Positions 30,001 to 37,251 of a DNA stretch of 64,000 nucleotides are shown here, one piece after another. This DNA is from a virus. How positions within the stretch are numbered: the stretch's first letter is position 1; each line of letters starts with the position of its first letter. Location of the stretch: the IMG/VR virus record IMGVR_UViG_3300042553_000685. One strand, 5' to 3'. The notes under the pieces are model-generated. The model searched no databases, had not been told where the DNA came from, and saw only the letters and a program-made list of their open reading frames with translations. A program made the translations under genes and the position numbers.

Positions 30001-31767
30001 GCCCTCATAGCCAGTTATCAGCTACGTCAGGACCTAGTAGGTATGACGGCTGTATTCGCCTTCGAGCGGGCTATGCCAACCGATAAGGCAGGTAACCCCA
30101 TTAGCTCTGGTAGAGGCCTAGCAGAGAGTGTAGAGACCTACATAAATAGTGAGCCCGCGCGGGCCGCTCAGATAGATGCTCTCATAGCCGGCGGCATCAC
30201 TAATGGCCTCACCGAGATGGAGATAGAAGTAGAAGAGTTTCAGAACTTCACTCGTGACGTAATAGGAGATAAGCGCTTCCAGGATATGGGAGCGGATACT
30301 AAGCGTATATTAGCTATGAACTTCCTACGTAGTAGGGAGAGTGCATCACTCTGGGCTAATATTGATGGTAGTAAACTACTGCGCTTCGCTATTAATGATA
30401 GTACCCGCTCCACACTATACGGAGGACAACTAGAGGATGTACTTGGTCAGGATCTGATTACTGCCGCTGGTGACCTTACTGGCTCAGGAGCTAGTCCGCT
30501 GGTTAGATCACTGTTACAGGCTGTATCGGCCGGGAAGATAAACGAGCCTGAGCAGGTAACACGGGCTCTCGAGTCTCTTATGGATACCTTCACTCACGCT
30601 GATGGTAAGCGCTATGAAATAGCAGACATCTTTAGCGTATTACTCAATAGCGGTACCCCTAGCCCAGCTGATAAGGAGATAGCAGAGTTTATTCAGAAGA
30701 CAGTTCTCACAGATGAGACAGCCACTAGTCGATTAGTTACTTATGTTCGCGCTACAGCGCTAGGTCAACAGGTAGATACAGCCGATAGACTAGTAGAAGA
30801 GCTACGGGACTATGAGAGTCGTGACGTCGATACGCGCTATATAAAACTGCTACAGGATATGGGTGTCGCTCCAGATAGGGCTAAGGAGTTATCAGCTCGT
30901 CGGCGCGACTATCTACTGGCCGGCTCACCCCCTGATGTGGACCCACTGGATCCTCGCCCGCGACCAGATCGCCCCCTCTTACGCGTAGTAGATGATCTAC
31001 CTATTCTTAACAATACTGCCGGTAATCTAATGGATGTACTTCTATTCCCCTTATTAGCGTTGGCAGGAGATATGATTAGTAGTGGCGGAGCCCGCCCCGA
31101 GGCAATGCAGCAGACTATGGGTAATATGCTAGGCGCTATGGCCTACGTAAGCGCCCCAGCAGGTAACCAGATGGGACGTTTCGCTGCAGGTACTCTGATG
31201 AGTATGGGATTCAAGGGCCGCTTAGCAGGTCAACTACACGAGGACTATACAATTGGTGTCGGTATGCTATTAGCACAGGAGATAGCCTTTGGCGCAACAG
31301 CTCAACTCGCAGGCCGCTATATCATCAACCCATTCGTAGAGAAGACACTCGGTAAGGCTCCCACAATAGACTCTGACCCATTCGCGGGCCTGCGTAATGT
31401 AGCTAGCAACGTCATCACGGGGGCATTGAGCCTCGTATCAGCAGGCTTCGTAAATAAATTACTCCATCGTGGGCTAGAGGTCAGTATGCAGCGTAGTGTA
31501 GCCCCCGTGGCTCTAGACGCTGTTAGTGCCGGTATACGCGCTACTCAAGAAGCTATTAATCAGGCTCGCATGGAACGAGAGGATAATGCTGAAACCGAGG
31601 TCGTAGATGACGCGGGCTCCCCTGTTGAGTTCTTCGTACAAACTATATTCAATGGTGATGAATACGACACCTATGACGCCCTCTATATGAGTGACCTAAC
31701 ATTAGATCGTCCTAATAGTATGGCCTATCGAGATGAGAGCGAGAGTTACTCTATGGATCTGGTTTAA
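21079..31767 (+). CDS. Giant multidomain protein: HKD/PLD motif + beta-prime-like double-psi-barrel (DFDGD) motif + hydrophobic Gly-rich C-terminus
   Basis: Uninterrupted 3,562-codon ORF (alternative start ATG 21151). HPKFFVSDRAALIGTMNVT at 21937-21993 fits HxK(x)4D(x)6G(S/T)xN. QRSPPPGNTHL...LLNPISFITSNLGDFDGDTF lies at 28504-28710. The C-terminus has LLFPLLALAGDMISSGG...GALSLVSAGFV. Confidence 0.85.
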   Translation: MRPLPAKVGSFSAIALFNRFCTLLMDINSSLFSSNRFNDSARWNALYRIPEDTRSRLLQGYNPLEVLMDPNFIPPGTDASMEMVLADAFYDRVVDTSSSRAAISSLWDSMEGPARQEYFEYMAGMGGTATPARTQTDDMLNWMAQRDQLTMRSNLEGIDDERRLLLENRSSMLDLISDDGYNVRPGLLPIAALVDTAERELRIDIYQFQNERAIDMVGEAVERMAGSGQGGRVVVRMAAPSETDGDSRKNYDILGPNIMFYKRLSYLRDRFGSNVDIDIQWADRRNHPKFFVSDRAALIGTMNVTRPLGQSLEQAGSNVEFTRTIRTNLTYSQIQDADRGILPDIITRADKLYLQARDVMDRLDGGDRVLFTGQDSIGGAGDVNTALRRHIGELINRPTIDGKTGRLYMVLNQVFLLKHDKTLMASQLKGEMGENPEHERTLSGYQAYMQAREQEYSKLQANVLDLVIEGRARIGVDVHTYREDVQDPMSRLLLSNQKLAAELSQSNYDVARWIKESRGTDVSDMANVLSTYGFYSGDLEGRQRMARQLLAIASGNIEPTAVPRSHVKAYLATYENDVINQGAGPGMQNINNRQAFDILGGSQGSSNYGLNSLADNDDPLSRRLVNQEINIIYDRVGGTSLLSLSDEERDEENREYARAFYKLQSSLGIQRIGETPYIGRDRRSMYGNRVDRGAILDLISEIERVNAAVGSEIIGVQRDYDGLNLEGATLTLNKGLPTQRVYRWGAYKNASGRGPAAFIDISGGRQIESAELFNTGTMRMELAMERDGLGVGLDPRRRLRLNPLDVVVGLMSSIALESETTRLVRAPLMEYQRYYSPDNIRAAQAVQRDPGAQYQSAINFFEKLLGVSGLDLTTDEGTSRVQQGLSNLTSLFYSSDPDLDRIRDLASISRIDSRRRVAFEELSNIFLTYARSVDERGLPIIDLEAHRRGALNLAANKLYEIMDQGPMFADVLFKFIESQNDSRYKTDVRERLKEIHDSAFAAFLTPTQARNYGSTQASNRLLAYGFGQGRQPAGISIVNAALRRIKANETAFSNLSAFAYTASPLPIGPVSDLGVGDDFLFVRVAEGNIDSTATDESQYFTGYSNVLPLSRRATASEVFDLSIIRSTGVGDIIRRDELSEYMKAVSHLGIDRSLLEAEFDARGDNLLRFFFDPNKPDQVPQRLKNVIGMRPLMDISEGYTQVLELVSPTNTGKVIPELTPVRYRARYGGSDVDVLQGSMYQDAYLADLRAGLDARGLDSSIVDDSYRYGAIFSGRISRFMSSEAAVELEAIRYELADRLGIDSEDIPTEDDSVLAELFRATIVQSQLFASRERGLIGSGRARPTVMIMALEGAYSDYAYANPLHRVRRGFLDQATKSSKASLLGRDWTFDNVLVSSDDRIVFDEREQRYYLLDREGRRKQAITSRSEMRVFLDQIESTSRNPNMGAAMATSAAAGIRGEYAIEQLLQVSRLTGSDATNEVQVQIQFLRTLLEGGSRRVEAERGLAKIVPVFLSEDIMRSEVFPTIQQGGYHSALEIEDIQYIISPTNLKSYAFNHGATLLTYNGGELFRRGVLERNDQQIAAALLSITDSRLFSNNSNINIDSVYIEIAQLAAQGRLGNYYRDLYMSTMLELMRSDKLGDGSPHLEIGRKLVRGGDGAINRLQSPVLGAIDISEIMTALRSGTSSGALSDKVGLIVDAADAARRGYVDTGAMGRGFERAAIAGNLEIMMQLMSLNNTLELKTTPVTGSDSISRHAYAAMSAIAGVTQADEISVGQENVAVMLDRLSNYSRYVVLYNAVMGSSSKVPLSSKDTAQLEMQHIVSSPFMANVDKFKRDGSVDSMRRAILGVMKMAIGADPNKIAVDDIPMYDLASLDFHANSTLGEILLGAYNDARAPLSDITNLRERYRQFHTALSLLESASDTDMVSYTRGSGLDITNVTHTILDEIATWMGQPAGTDRDTLRNVVRQSLRVLKNDIYAHASRWRLAGDKVLGVEATEATVQSMGQRGLRRIAYEFPSFRIEGNNVVFNTTIKDRGFILSPEDVRIAGIQFGSHENEIAAATVDKWIMLAPGSAVRDIFEKVAIESGSRTTVELEGLSDFQIQELTRFQELNNTYEARVYNDLASAYLQSITGNKIGVTGTTGVGAASWYVPVRGAVLAEATMERFGTRGSQTREEILTRLGDHLKNNLSVIGQSGDKRIGRRLIQQQIYAITEGLSIAGMYGLEAIVDKSKNFQSKAAGIRKLAPDSQAAEYAQLEIEIKVEMDRFSSMKFSGSGDSLISTLGEAEMGTILESLPGAETHKYRDLGHLPVIISGLMIGSHGPSRSIIPDNMRIYIDTNALGNRFDNLDLLQGRIRKNPIDLSFFSDTRGKDGAEMLNIFSTRLDSLERTINAVTSAVDTYLEGKSPRGTDLHNRGVALIAQYRKLVDNANAAYAVELDTVMANRAARDSLFIMNSTLQADMSMFFTELELTRAWIQRSPPPGNTHLDKLVFGLDTLNSINNIYRDLTGSGFNFFDDTRNKSLTLLNPISFITSNLGDFDGDTFSAIFFNYSQMKLQRDDMLERAKERREMASQAADPAKRTILEKQANDLDMRASALLDTIQQVTTNANWNEYTDSVYSWVAGYMKLDKGMLEQRGIEHALVLVEQSRGLFGMMEDVYARIQPAHEPLLELIQQSRTDNAVDIVNRLSTSTDQNILTDLVNNPDTGPFVRASLHDILSATGNDQEEKAYDFLHKLTAVNARDNLSKYMKRADGSVMSGGQFDMMQKVLGQAGSVILGKTYNTTVGMLYERSPIMAVSHALENSPALQDDMRRILIDQGMAGGMSASDANLEADSKIVDIQRLARQSRTEVGEVGTFLQEIQQMLRDAIKPKMGGAEFLENLSQYHKRFVDAVDDVERQRVVDDMSRLLPSITPLFKLDAYIGAHKELLASATNDAQDSKINDLLTKLSIGETEQLDLSRRLSVLRRDEIGTHSRALIASYQLRQDLVGMTAVFAFERAMPTDKAGNPISSGRGLAESVETYINSEPARAAQIDALIAGGITNGLTEMEIEVEEFQNFTRDVIGDKRFQDMGADTKRILAMNFLRSRESASLWANIDGSKLLRFAINDSTRSTLYGGQLEDVLGQDLITAAGDLTGSGASPLVRSLLQAVSAGKINEPEQVTRALESLMDTFTHADGKRYEIADIFSVLLNSGTPSPADKEIAEFIQKTVLTDETATSRLVTYVRATALGQQVDTADRLVEELRDYESRDVDTRYIKLLQDMGVAPDRAKELSARRRDYLLAGSPPDVDPLDPRPRPDRPLLRVVDDLPILNNTAGNLMDVLLFPLLALAGDMISSGGARPEAMQQTMGNMLGAMAYVSAPAGNQMGRFAAGTLMSMGFKGRLAGQLHEDYTIGVGMLLAQEIAFGATAQLAGRYIINPFVEKTLGKAPTIDSDPFAGLRNVASNVITGALSLVSAGFVNKLLHRGLEVSMQRSVAPVALDAVSAGIRATQEAINQARMEREDNAETEVVDDAGSPVEFFVQTIFNGDEYDTYDALYMSDLTLDRPNSMAYRDESESYSMDLV
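21087..21150 (+). promoter_or_regulatory. Hairpin + TTTTTC element upstream of ATG 21151 (weak variant of the early cassette)
   Basis: actgcc (21087-21092) pairs with ggcagt (21103-21108), followed by tttttcagctatagctctatttaatagg. It lies inside the 5' extension of the giant ORF and argues for a start at 21151 (MDINSS...). Confidence 0.35.
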
Positions 31768-32026
31768 CTAGCTTCTCTATCATACGCAGTGGCACTATAT
31801 TGCAGGTAGCCACTAGCGTAGTACTGTGCACATATTGATTAGATAACTCTATTAAATTACCTGACTTATCGAATAGTGAAAAACGGCACTCGATAGGACC
31901 ATTAATAGGGGGCACCTCAAAGCGAGTGAAGTGAAATGGCTCATCCGCCGCGGTCATCCCAGCGAATATTATAGTCGGTAGTGATGTTATCTCGTATGTG
32001 AGTCTGTAGTCTGATAGTGTTACCAT
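31751..32026 (-). CDS. Hypothetical protein
   Basis: 91-codon ORF with an ATG start. Converges on and overlaps the giant ORF end by 17 nt. Confidence 0.5.
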   Translation of the reverse strand: MVTLSDYRLTYEITSLPTIIFAGMTAADEPFHFTRFEVPPINGPIECRFSLFDKSGNLIELSNQYVHSTTLVATCNIVPLRMIEKLVKPDP

Positions 32027-32283
32027 GCTAATTGAGTAGGACTTATGTGAACATTAAATTCTACTACGCCGTGCTCTATTAGCATGGCGCATATATATCC
32101 TATATTATCCGCTATATCATCTTCTATAGCTAGTACTGCCTCGTATGGTTCTAACTTCTCTACTATAATATTGTCCTCCCCCGCTGTCTGTAGCCAACCA
32201 AAGGCATCCTCTCCTACTGTATGTGACCAATCAGACCAATCAAGGGACTGATGCTGTGAGAATGTAATTGATATATAAATCAA
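32020..32283 (-). CDS. Hypothetical acidic protein
   Basis: 87-codon ORF with a TTG start in a TTGA overlap with the upstream stop. Confidence 0.45.
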   Translation of the reverse strand: MIYISITFSQHQSLDWSDWSHTVGEDAFGWLQTAGEDNIIVEKLEPYEAVLAIEDDIADNIGYICAMLIEHGVVEFNVHISPTQLAW

Positions 32284-32528
32284 CGTATAACTCCTGATTT
32301 CTTAAGGTAGTGTCCTAAGTAAACATATAGTAGCTTAAGGTGCTGAAGATAGGTACGGTTAACTCCGCGTAGTAATCTCTTACTTATTCTAATCCTAAGG
32401 ATATCTATATCAGCTGGTGTATCTAAGTAATATAAGCGTAGGAGCTGGTGTATGTCCTCTGGCTCCAGCTCCTCTAACTTCACCTTATCTAGTGGCGCTA
32501 GCTTATCTAGTAGTGTTAGCTTGTCCAT
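32280..32528 (-). CDS. Hypothetical protein
   Basis: I prefer ATG 32528 (MDKLTLLDKL...) over the track's TTG at 32552. Confidence 0.45.
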   Translation of the reverse strand: MDKLTLLDKLAPLDKVKLEELEPEDIHQLLRLYYLDTPADIDILRIRISKRLLRGVNRTYLQHLKLLYVYLGHYLKKSGVIR

Positions 32529-33418
32529 GATCCATTTCCCTGGCGAGCCCAATAATTATCTACTAATGGGGCTGTATCCCCACCGTTATTCCAGAAGTTC
32601 TGCGGCATACCACTCCTATTGGGGGGTAATAATCTGGTCGCTAGACTAGAGCCTACAGGGTGCTGTAGTATATCGCTCTCTCCTGAGTGATTTATCTCGG
32701 GACTGAAGCGAGAGAATAGATACTCTCCCCAAAACTCCACGGTTACGGTAGAGGGGGCCCCTAGTAATAATTCTAGTAGTTTAATACGTATAATAGGCCA
32801 GTGCAATAAGAATATACCGCTGACTACCTGGGCCGGCCCATCAAGAGTCTGTAGTATCTCTACCGTGTGAGATACGGGGGGATCTACGACTACACGGGCG
32901 GCCACCCTCTTACCTACATTGACTAGAGGTAGTACATAGGGTGTAGGAGGAAAGGTACCCTGCTCTTGTCCTAGTGATGGCCAATCAACGGGGCGCTGCC
33001 ATACCAGCGTATTCACACGCTTAGGTCTATAGTGCTTCTCCTGCCTATACGTATTAATACGCTTCTGCCACTGCAGGAAATCACTATCACTGGGCGGGCC
33101 CATATTATAGGGATTAGACACTGAGCCATAGTATACGTCCTCGTAGAAGGGGCGTATGAGTCTATAGTAGTGATCTGCTTCATATACACGAGAATATTGG
33201 CCCAGGCTGACCATATCTAATCGTACGAGATCTGTCTCGTTGAAGCGTATCTCGTGATATCGTCTACTATACACGCGGGCCCCCTGTGTGGTAACCTGCT
33301 GCTCTCCTACTACCCATTCCTCCTCCAATTCACTATTGAACTGCTGTATGACGGCATTAGTAGTAGTGGGGGGTGCGCTTATGGTGGCAGGCTGTGGATC
33401 TCTATTAAATGTAAGCAT
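32516..33418 (-). CDS. Hypothetical protein
   Basis: 300-codon ORF. Its ATG overlaps the PAAR gene stop. Confidence 0.55.
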   Translation of the reverse strand: MLTFNRDPQPATISAPPTTTNAVIQQFNSELEEEWVVGEQQVTTQGARVYSRRYHEIRFNETDLVRLDMVSLGQYSRVYEADHYYRLIRPFYEDVYYGSVSNPYNMGPPSDSDFLQWQKRINTYRQEKHYRPKRVNTLVWQRPVDWPSLGQEQGTFPPTPYVLPLVNVGKRVAARVVVDPPVSHTVEILQTLDGPAQVVSGIFLLHWPIIRIKLLELLLGAPSTVTVEFWGEYLFSRFSPEINHSGESDILQHPVGSSLATRLLPPNRSGMPQNFWNNGGDTAPLVDNYWARQGNGSWTS

Positions 33419-33675
33419 TAGTTTATGAAGGTGTCCTCACTACCTGTTATTATAACGCCACAGAAGACCTGATCTATAATACTCACGGCGGGTATGCCAT
33501 TAATAAGTGTGCGCGGGCTACCAGTGATAGCAGGGCCCGGCACTGACATATCTCCTATTCGTATGGCGGGTCTACCATTAATCATAGTATCAGGACTACC
33601 TGTGTAGAAGGGCCCGTCGGGTATCCTGGGGCATATGCTCCTCACCATATCCCCTATCCTGCACGCTGGAAACAT
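33418..33675 (-). CDS. PAAR-repeat spike-tip protein
   Basis: MFPACRIGDMV...TMINGRPAIRIGDMSVPGP..TLINGIPAVSIIDQ...GSEDTFIN shows the typical three-fold PAAR-like repeat pattern in an 85-aa protein. Confidence 0.7.
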   Translation of the reverse strand: MFPACRIGDMVRSICPRIPDGPFYTGSPDTMINGRPAIRIGDMSVPGPAITGSPRTLINGIPAVSIIDQVFCGVIITGSEDTFIN

Positions 33676-33845
33676 CTGGTCTACTGTCCTCCTTGTGATT
33701 GCAATTAATCATCATATGATTACTGGTATCTATACTCAACTCCCCCTGACCTACACGGATTATCACTCCCTCGTAGTCTACTGTGAGATACGGGCCGGCC
33801 CATGTAAGATGGGCTCGACTCAGTAGGCGTACTAGAGCTATTAAA

Positions 33846-34208
33846 CTACTTAAGAATCGTATTAGTTTCACCATCATACTCCAATTTACCGTACGTGTGT
33901 TCTAGGGCCTGTTCTGTTACAAAGATACCCTCGTCTTCTAGTGCTTGCATTAAGACCTCCTGGTTAACCTCGGCTGAGGGGCAGTCTAGCAATTCTATCT
34001 GCTCCTGAAGCCAGTCACATCCACTCTCATCTAGGCTATTGTAAGCCATATGAGCTGCTTCTACCTGCTCGGCCTCGCTGAATAATAGGGCGATGACATC
34101 TAGAATAGCCTCAGTGGCCTCCTCATCTCTCTTGATTACTGCTGCTACTAGTAGTTGACTAGCACAGTCTTCGAGTTGTGTGTGCATATTTTTCAATGAT
34201 AATACCAT
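33846..34208 (-). CDS. Hypothetical acidic protein
   Basis: 120-codon ORF with an ATG start. Confidence 0.5.
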   Translation of the reverse strand: MVLSLKNMHTQLEDCASQLLVAAVIKRDEEATEAILDVIALLFSEAEQVEAAHMAYNSLDESGCDWLQEQIELLDCPSAEVNQEVLMQALEDEGIFVTEQALEHTYGKLEYDGETNTILK

Positions 34209-34235
34209 ACCTCAATCCATTCTAGACTATATTCT

Positions 34236-34949
34236 ATGTATAAAAGTAGTACCCTCGTGATATGGAGTGGCCTTTCTCTCTGGGACAGTCAACCTATAAT
34301 AGTTCTCGCCAGTGGATTCCAACGCCCCAGTATGAATCGTAAGACGGGCTTTATGATACAGACATATATTCTGCGTCAGGAGGGCTCACCTATATCTAAT
34401 ATACAGTCTGGTGCTGATAGTAGTATATGCGGTGATTGTCCCCTGCGGAAACGGGTGTGTTATGTGGATCCGCGGGCCTCTAATAACCTATGGCGTATGT
34501 GGGAACGTGGTGATCTCGATACCTGGAAGAACACTACGCTACCATTCCCCCTACGCCTGGGAGCCTATGGCGATCCAGCTATGGTGCCCCTCTCTGCCTG
34601 GCTACCTCTGATTAATAAGGCACCGGGATGGACTGGTTATACCCATCGATGGCGTGATTGTGACCCTGAGTGGCGCAACTATCTCCATGCTAGTGTAGAG
34701 TCACGTGAGGATTTAAAGCTGGCCCACTCTATGGGCTGGGCTACCTATCGGGTTGCTATAGATGGTGAGCTACCTATTAGGGGAGAGCAGGCCTGTCTCT
34801 ATTCAGTTAACGAGACTCAGTGTAGCGCGTGCCTTAAATGTAATGGTAATACAGGTAAGAACATAGTCATACCGGTACACGGCGTGGTCCATAAGATACA
34901 AGCATTTAACAAGCTTAAGCCACCTATGCCAGACCTAACTCAAGGCTAA
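34236..34949 (+). CDS. Cys-rich hypothetical protein
   Basis: 237-codon ORF with CGDCPLRKRVCYVD and CSACLKCNG clusters. A lone plus-strand gene in a minus-strand block. Confidence 0.55.
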   Translation: MYKSSTLVIWSGLSLWDSQPIIVLASGFQRPSMNRKTGFMIQTYILRQEGSPISNIQSGADSSICGDCPLRKRVCYVDPRASNNLWRMWERGDLDTWKNTTLPFPLRLGAYGDPAMVPLSAWLPLINKAPGWTGYTHRWRDCDPEWRNYLHASVESREDLKLAHSMGWATYRVAIDGELPIRGEQACLYSVNETQCSACLKCNGNTGKNIVIPVHGVVHKIQAFNKLKPPMPDLTQG

Positions 34950-35006
34950 TTAGTATTGATTGACAGTTAAGTGTTGCGCCCTCAATCAATCTGGTGTTTA
35001 CTACTT

Positions 35007-35948
35007 TTATGGCAAAGAGTAATTTTCAGTAATAATTGGCATCAACAGGCTGCCGCCACCAGAACCATTACTAACTACTATGTGAAAGTGATCTTCTGGT
35101 GTCGGTGAGTCTGAATTTATAATTCTTACTACACTATTCACTGCTAGATTTTGGTTACTAAATACTAAAAAGGGTCTGGCTCTTCCTAGGGGATAATTAA
35201 TGCCGTAATCGGTAGCGCCGTCATCTCTAAACATAAGATCACTAATATTGGCACCAGGAGTAGGGGTAGTACAGTTTATAGAAGTAATCGGTAATACAGA
35301 TTGAGGAGCTACAGTGCCTGGTGGTGATAGTCCAGGTAACGTCATTTCTTTCATCCTTCCGAACCCTAATCCGCTACCCAATCCACGATAAGCAGCAATG
35401 TAATCCAGTGGATAGGAATTATTGTTCCCAAAATAAGCAACTGATGCCGGATTATCGCAGTATCCGAAATAATGGAATGAAGAATTATTGCCAAAAGTAT
35501 TCAATCCAGTATTATTAATCGCAAACATAGCGATCCCTTTGCTATCCCCACAAGCGTAAAAATATCCTGACTCCGCACCATAGTTACCAAGAATTGAAGC
35601 TCTATTATCGTTAAGTTGAGTTTTTGTTTGGTAAGTGTGGCCTAAGCAGCCCCAAAAAAAGGGGTTTTGTCCAATAGTATTGCTAAAGAAGATTTGCGCC
35701 CGATATCGTCCATCATTAAAACTGTCATTGACGTTTCCTAGCTGTATTAAATCACTATCAACTGCTGGAAACCGAATATTAATCTGATTATCTGGGCTAG
35801 TCTTGACAAACCGATGAGTCGAGGTGATGCCAATGGCATCCAAAAATAAAAGAAAATCAGCCAAATTGAAGTGAACTCCGCCAGCGTCAGCGGTACGCCA
35901 GCCATAAGTTGCGAATCCGTATCTCGAGCCGACAATAGGTAACGTCAT
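35007..35948 (-). CDS. Hypothetical protein (lower-GC, possibly fibre/receptor-binding related)
   Basis: 313-codon ORF, Gly/Asn/Ser-rich. No motif recognised. Confidence 0.5.
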   Translation of the reverse strand: MTLPIVGSRYGFATYGWRTADAGGVHFNLADFLLFLDAIGITSTHRFVKTSPDNQINIRFPAVDSDLIQLGNVNDSFNDGRYRAQIFFSNTIGQNPFFWGCLGHTYQTKTQLNDNRASILGNYGAESGYFYACGDSKGIAMFAINNTGLNTFGNNSSFHYFGYCDNPASVAYFGNNNSYPLDYIAAYRGLGSGLGFGRMKEMTLPGLSPPGTVAPQSVLPITSINCTTPTPGANISDLMFRDDGATDYGINYPLGRARPFLVFSNQNLAVNSVVRIINSDSPTPEDHFHIVVSNGSGGGSLLMPIITENYSLP

Positions 35949-36031
35949 GAATTACTCCTAATTAAATTTTGTGGACAATAATTAAATTGCAGAGGAACTA
36001 CAATAAATTTGCGGGGCCGCCTCTGCCAATA

Positions 36032-36442
36032 CTATCTGTATCTCTTGTGTATATACGCCCCTATCTGGCTCATTACCGTACCTAGCGTATATGCTAGTGT
36101 CTCTTCATCATCATCTATATCTTCTCCTAGTTTAAGTAGACCCTTCAGTCTCAGATATGATGTGGCTATGTGTAGAGCCTCGTGCGCTATTATACCGGCA
36201 TCTAAGTAGGGGAGACATAACCCTACCCATCCCACTCTACTATGTATATAGCCATCTTCATTTACATTATAGTCTGGTATTACTATGGCCTTATAGTCTA
36301 CTGTATGGCCCCCTCTCTTCTGGTGCCCCCATAATAGTAGAGATCCCACGGTGTCGTGAATGCGGGCCTCATAGTAGTGACCATCTTCCTCTAACATAGA
36401 GTTGTCTCTACTCGGATATATACGGAACCTTCCTGTTATCAT
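36032..36442 (-). CDS. Small HExxH-motif protein
   Basis: 136 codons with IAHEALHIA (HExxH). ATGA overlap with the endolysin gene stop. Confidence 0.5.
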   Translation of the reverse strand: MITGRFRIYPSRDNSMLEEDGHYYEARIHDTVGSLLLWGHQKRGGHTVDYKAIVIPDYNVNEDGYIHSRVGWVGLCLPYLDAGIIAHEALHIATSYLRLKGLLKLGEDIDDDEETLAYTLGTVMSQIGAYIHKRYR

Positions 36443-37194
36443 GTCAGCACCGCCTGTATTCTCTTCCAGTGCTCTAGTCTATCTGATAACCCTATCAGCC
36501 CGCCATTGATACGTCGTGTTACCTGCCTGAATGCGTTTATATCATTCTTGTCTGCTATTTCATTTAGCCCCCGTGTTCTCCAGTAGTGCGCTGCTATGCG
36601 TGCTGAGTTGATGGGCTCCCTTGCTAGTTCTGGGTTATCTACTAGCGGTAGCCCTAGCATATTCCCCATGTTTTGGTAATTGGCCCGGCCCGTTAACTGA
36701 AATAAACCTCTACCTCTGAATCTTCGCCCATCTCCTACCTTTATATTACCGAGGTCTCTCCTGCCCTCGTATCCCCTCTGTATTGGTGTGGGCCCCCATA
36801 TCTCCTCATCGTAGCGTAGGTTCCCTGACTCGTGCATCAGCTGAGCTAAGAACATCGCCATACGCGCGGGCCCTTTTATATTACACTCCTCCATCGCTGC
36901 CATTAGAGGCCTGTAGTATCGGTCCCTATCTTTCTTAGAGGCGGGAGCTAACGCTAGATCGTACTCTCCTCTCGTCATTACTTCCTCATCTGATAGTAAT
37001 AGACGCACAGAGCCTGGTCCTATTAGGTCGGGCTCCGCTTGATTATTTGCCTTCTTCCACTCCTTCCACCTAGTCTCTGTCCTCGGCCCCATTACTCCAT
37101 CTACTACTAAACCACCTAGCTCTTGTTGTAGCTCCCGCACCTGCTGACTATTTAACTCTTGCAACCGCATTGCTCTATCAATGTTTCTTAGCAT
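36439..37194 (-). CDS. Endolysin: PG_binding_1-like N-domain + GH19 (chitinase-class lysozyme) domain
   Basis: LNSQQVRELQQELGGLVVDGVMGPRTETRW (PG-binding repeat). FLAQLMHESGNLRYDEE and GRGLFQLTGRANYQNMG are GH19 signatures. Confidence 0.85.
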   Translation of the reverse strand: MLRNIDRAMRLQELNSQQVRELQQELGGLVVDGVMGPRTETRWKEWKKANNQAEPDLIGPGSVRLLLSDEEVMTRGEYDLALAPASKKDRDRYYRPLMAAMEECNIKGPARMAMFLAQLMHESGNLRYDEEIWGPTPIQRGYEGRRDLGNIKVGDGRRFRGRGLFQLTGRANYQNMGNMLGLPLVDNPELAREPINSARIAAHYWRTRGLNEIADKNDINAFRQVTRRINGGLIGLSDRLEHWKRIQAVLT

Positions 37195-37251
37195 ACTTCT
37201 ATTCGTATCAATGTGCTAATGCTCCTTGTCTTGTATGGGGAGGGGTAGGCA

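Noticed and set aside
33596-33877. ORF 33596..33877 (-), overlapping the PAAR gene start by 80 nt, as a second frameshift site.
   Set aside because: I found no slippery heptamer in the overlap, and the PAAR ORF has its own ATG with a typical PAAR N-terminus. The coding status of this ORF is left open.
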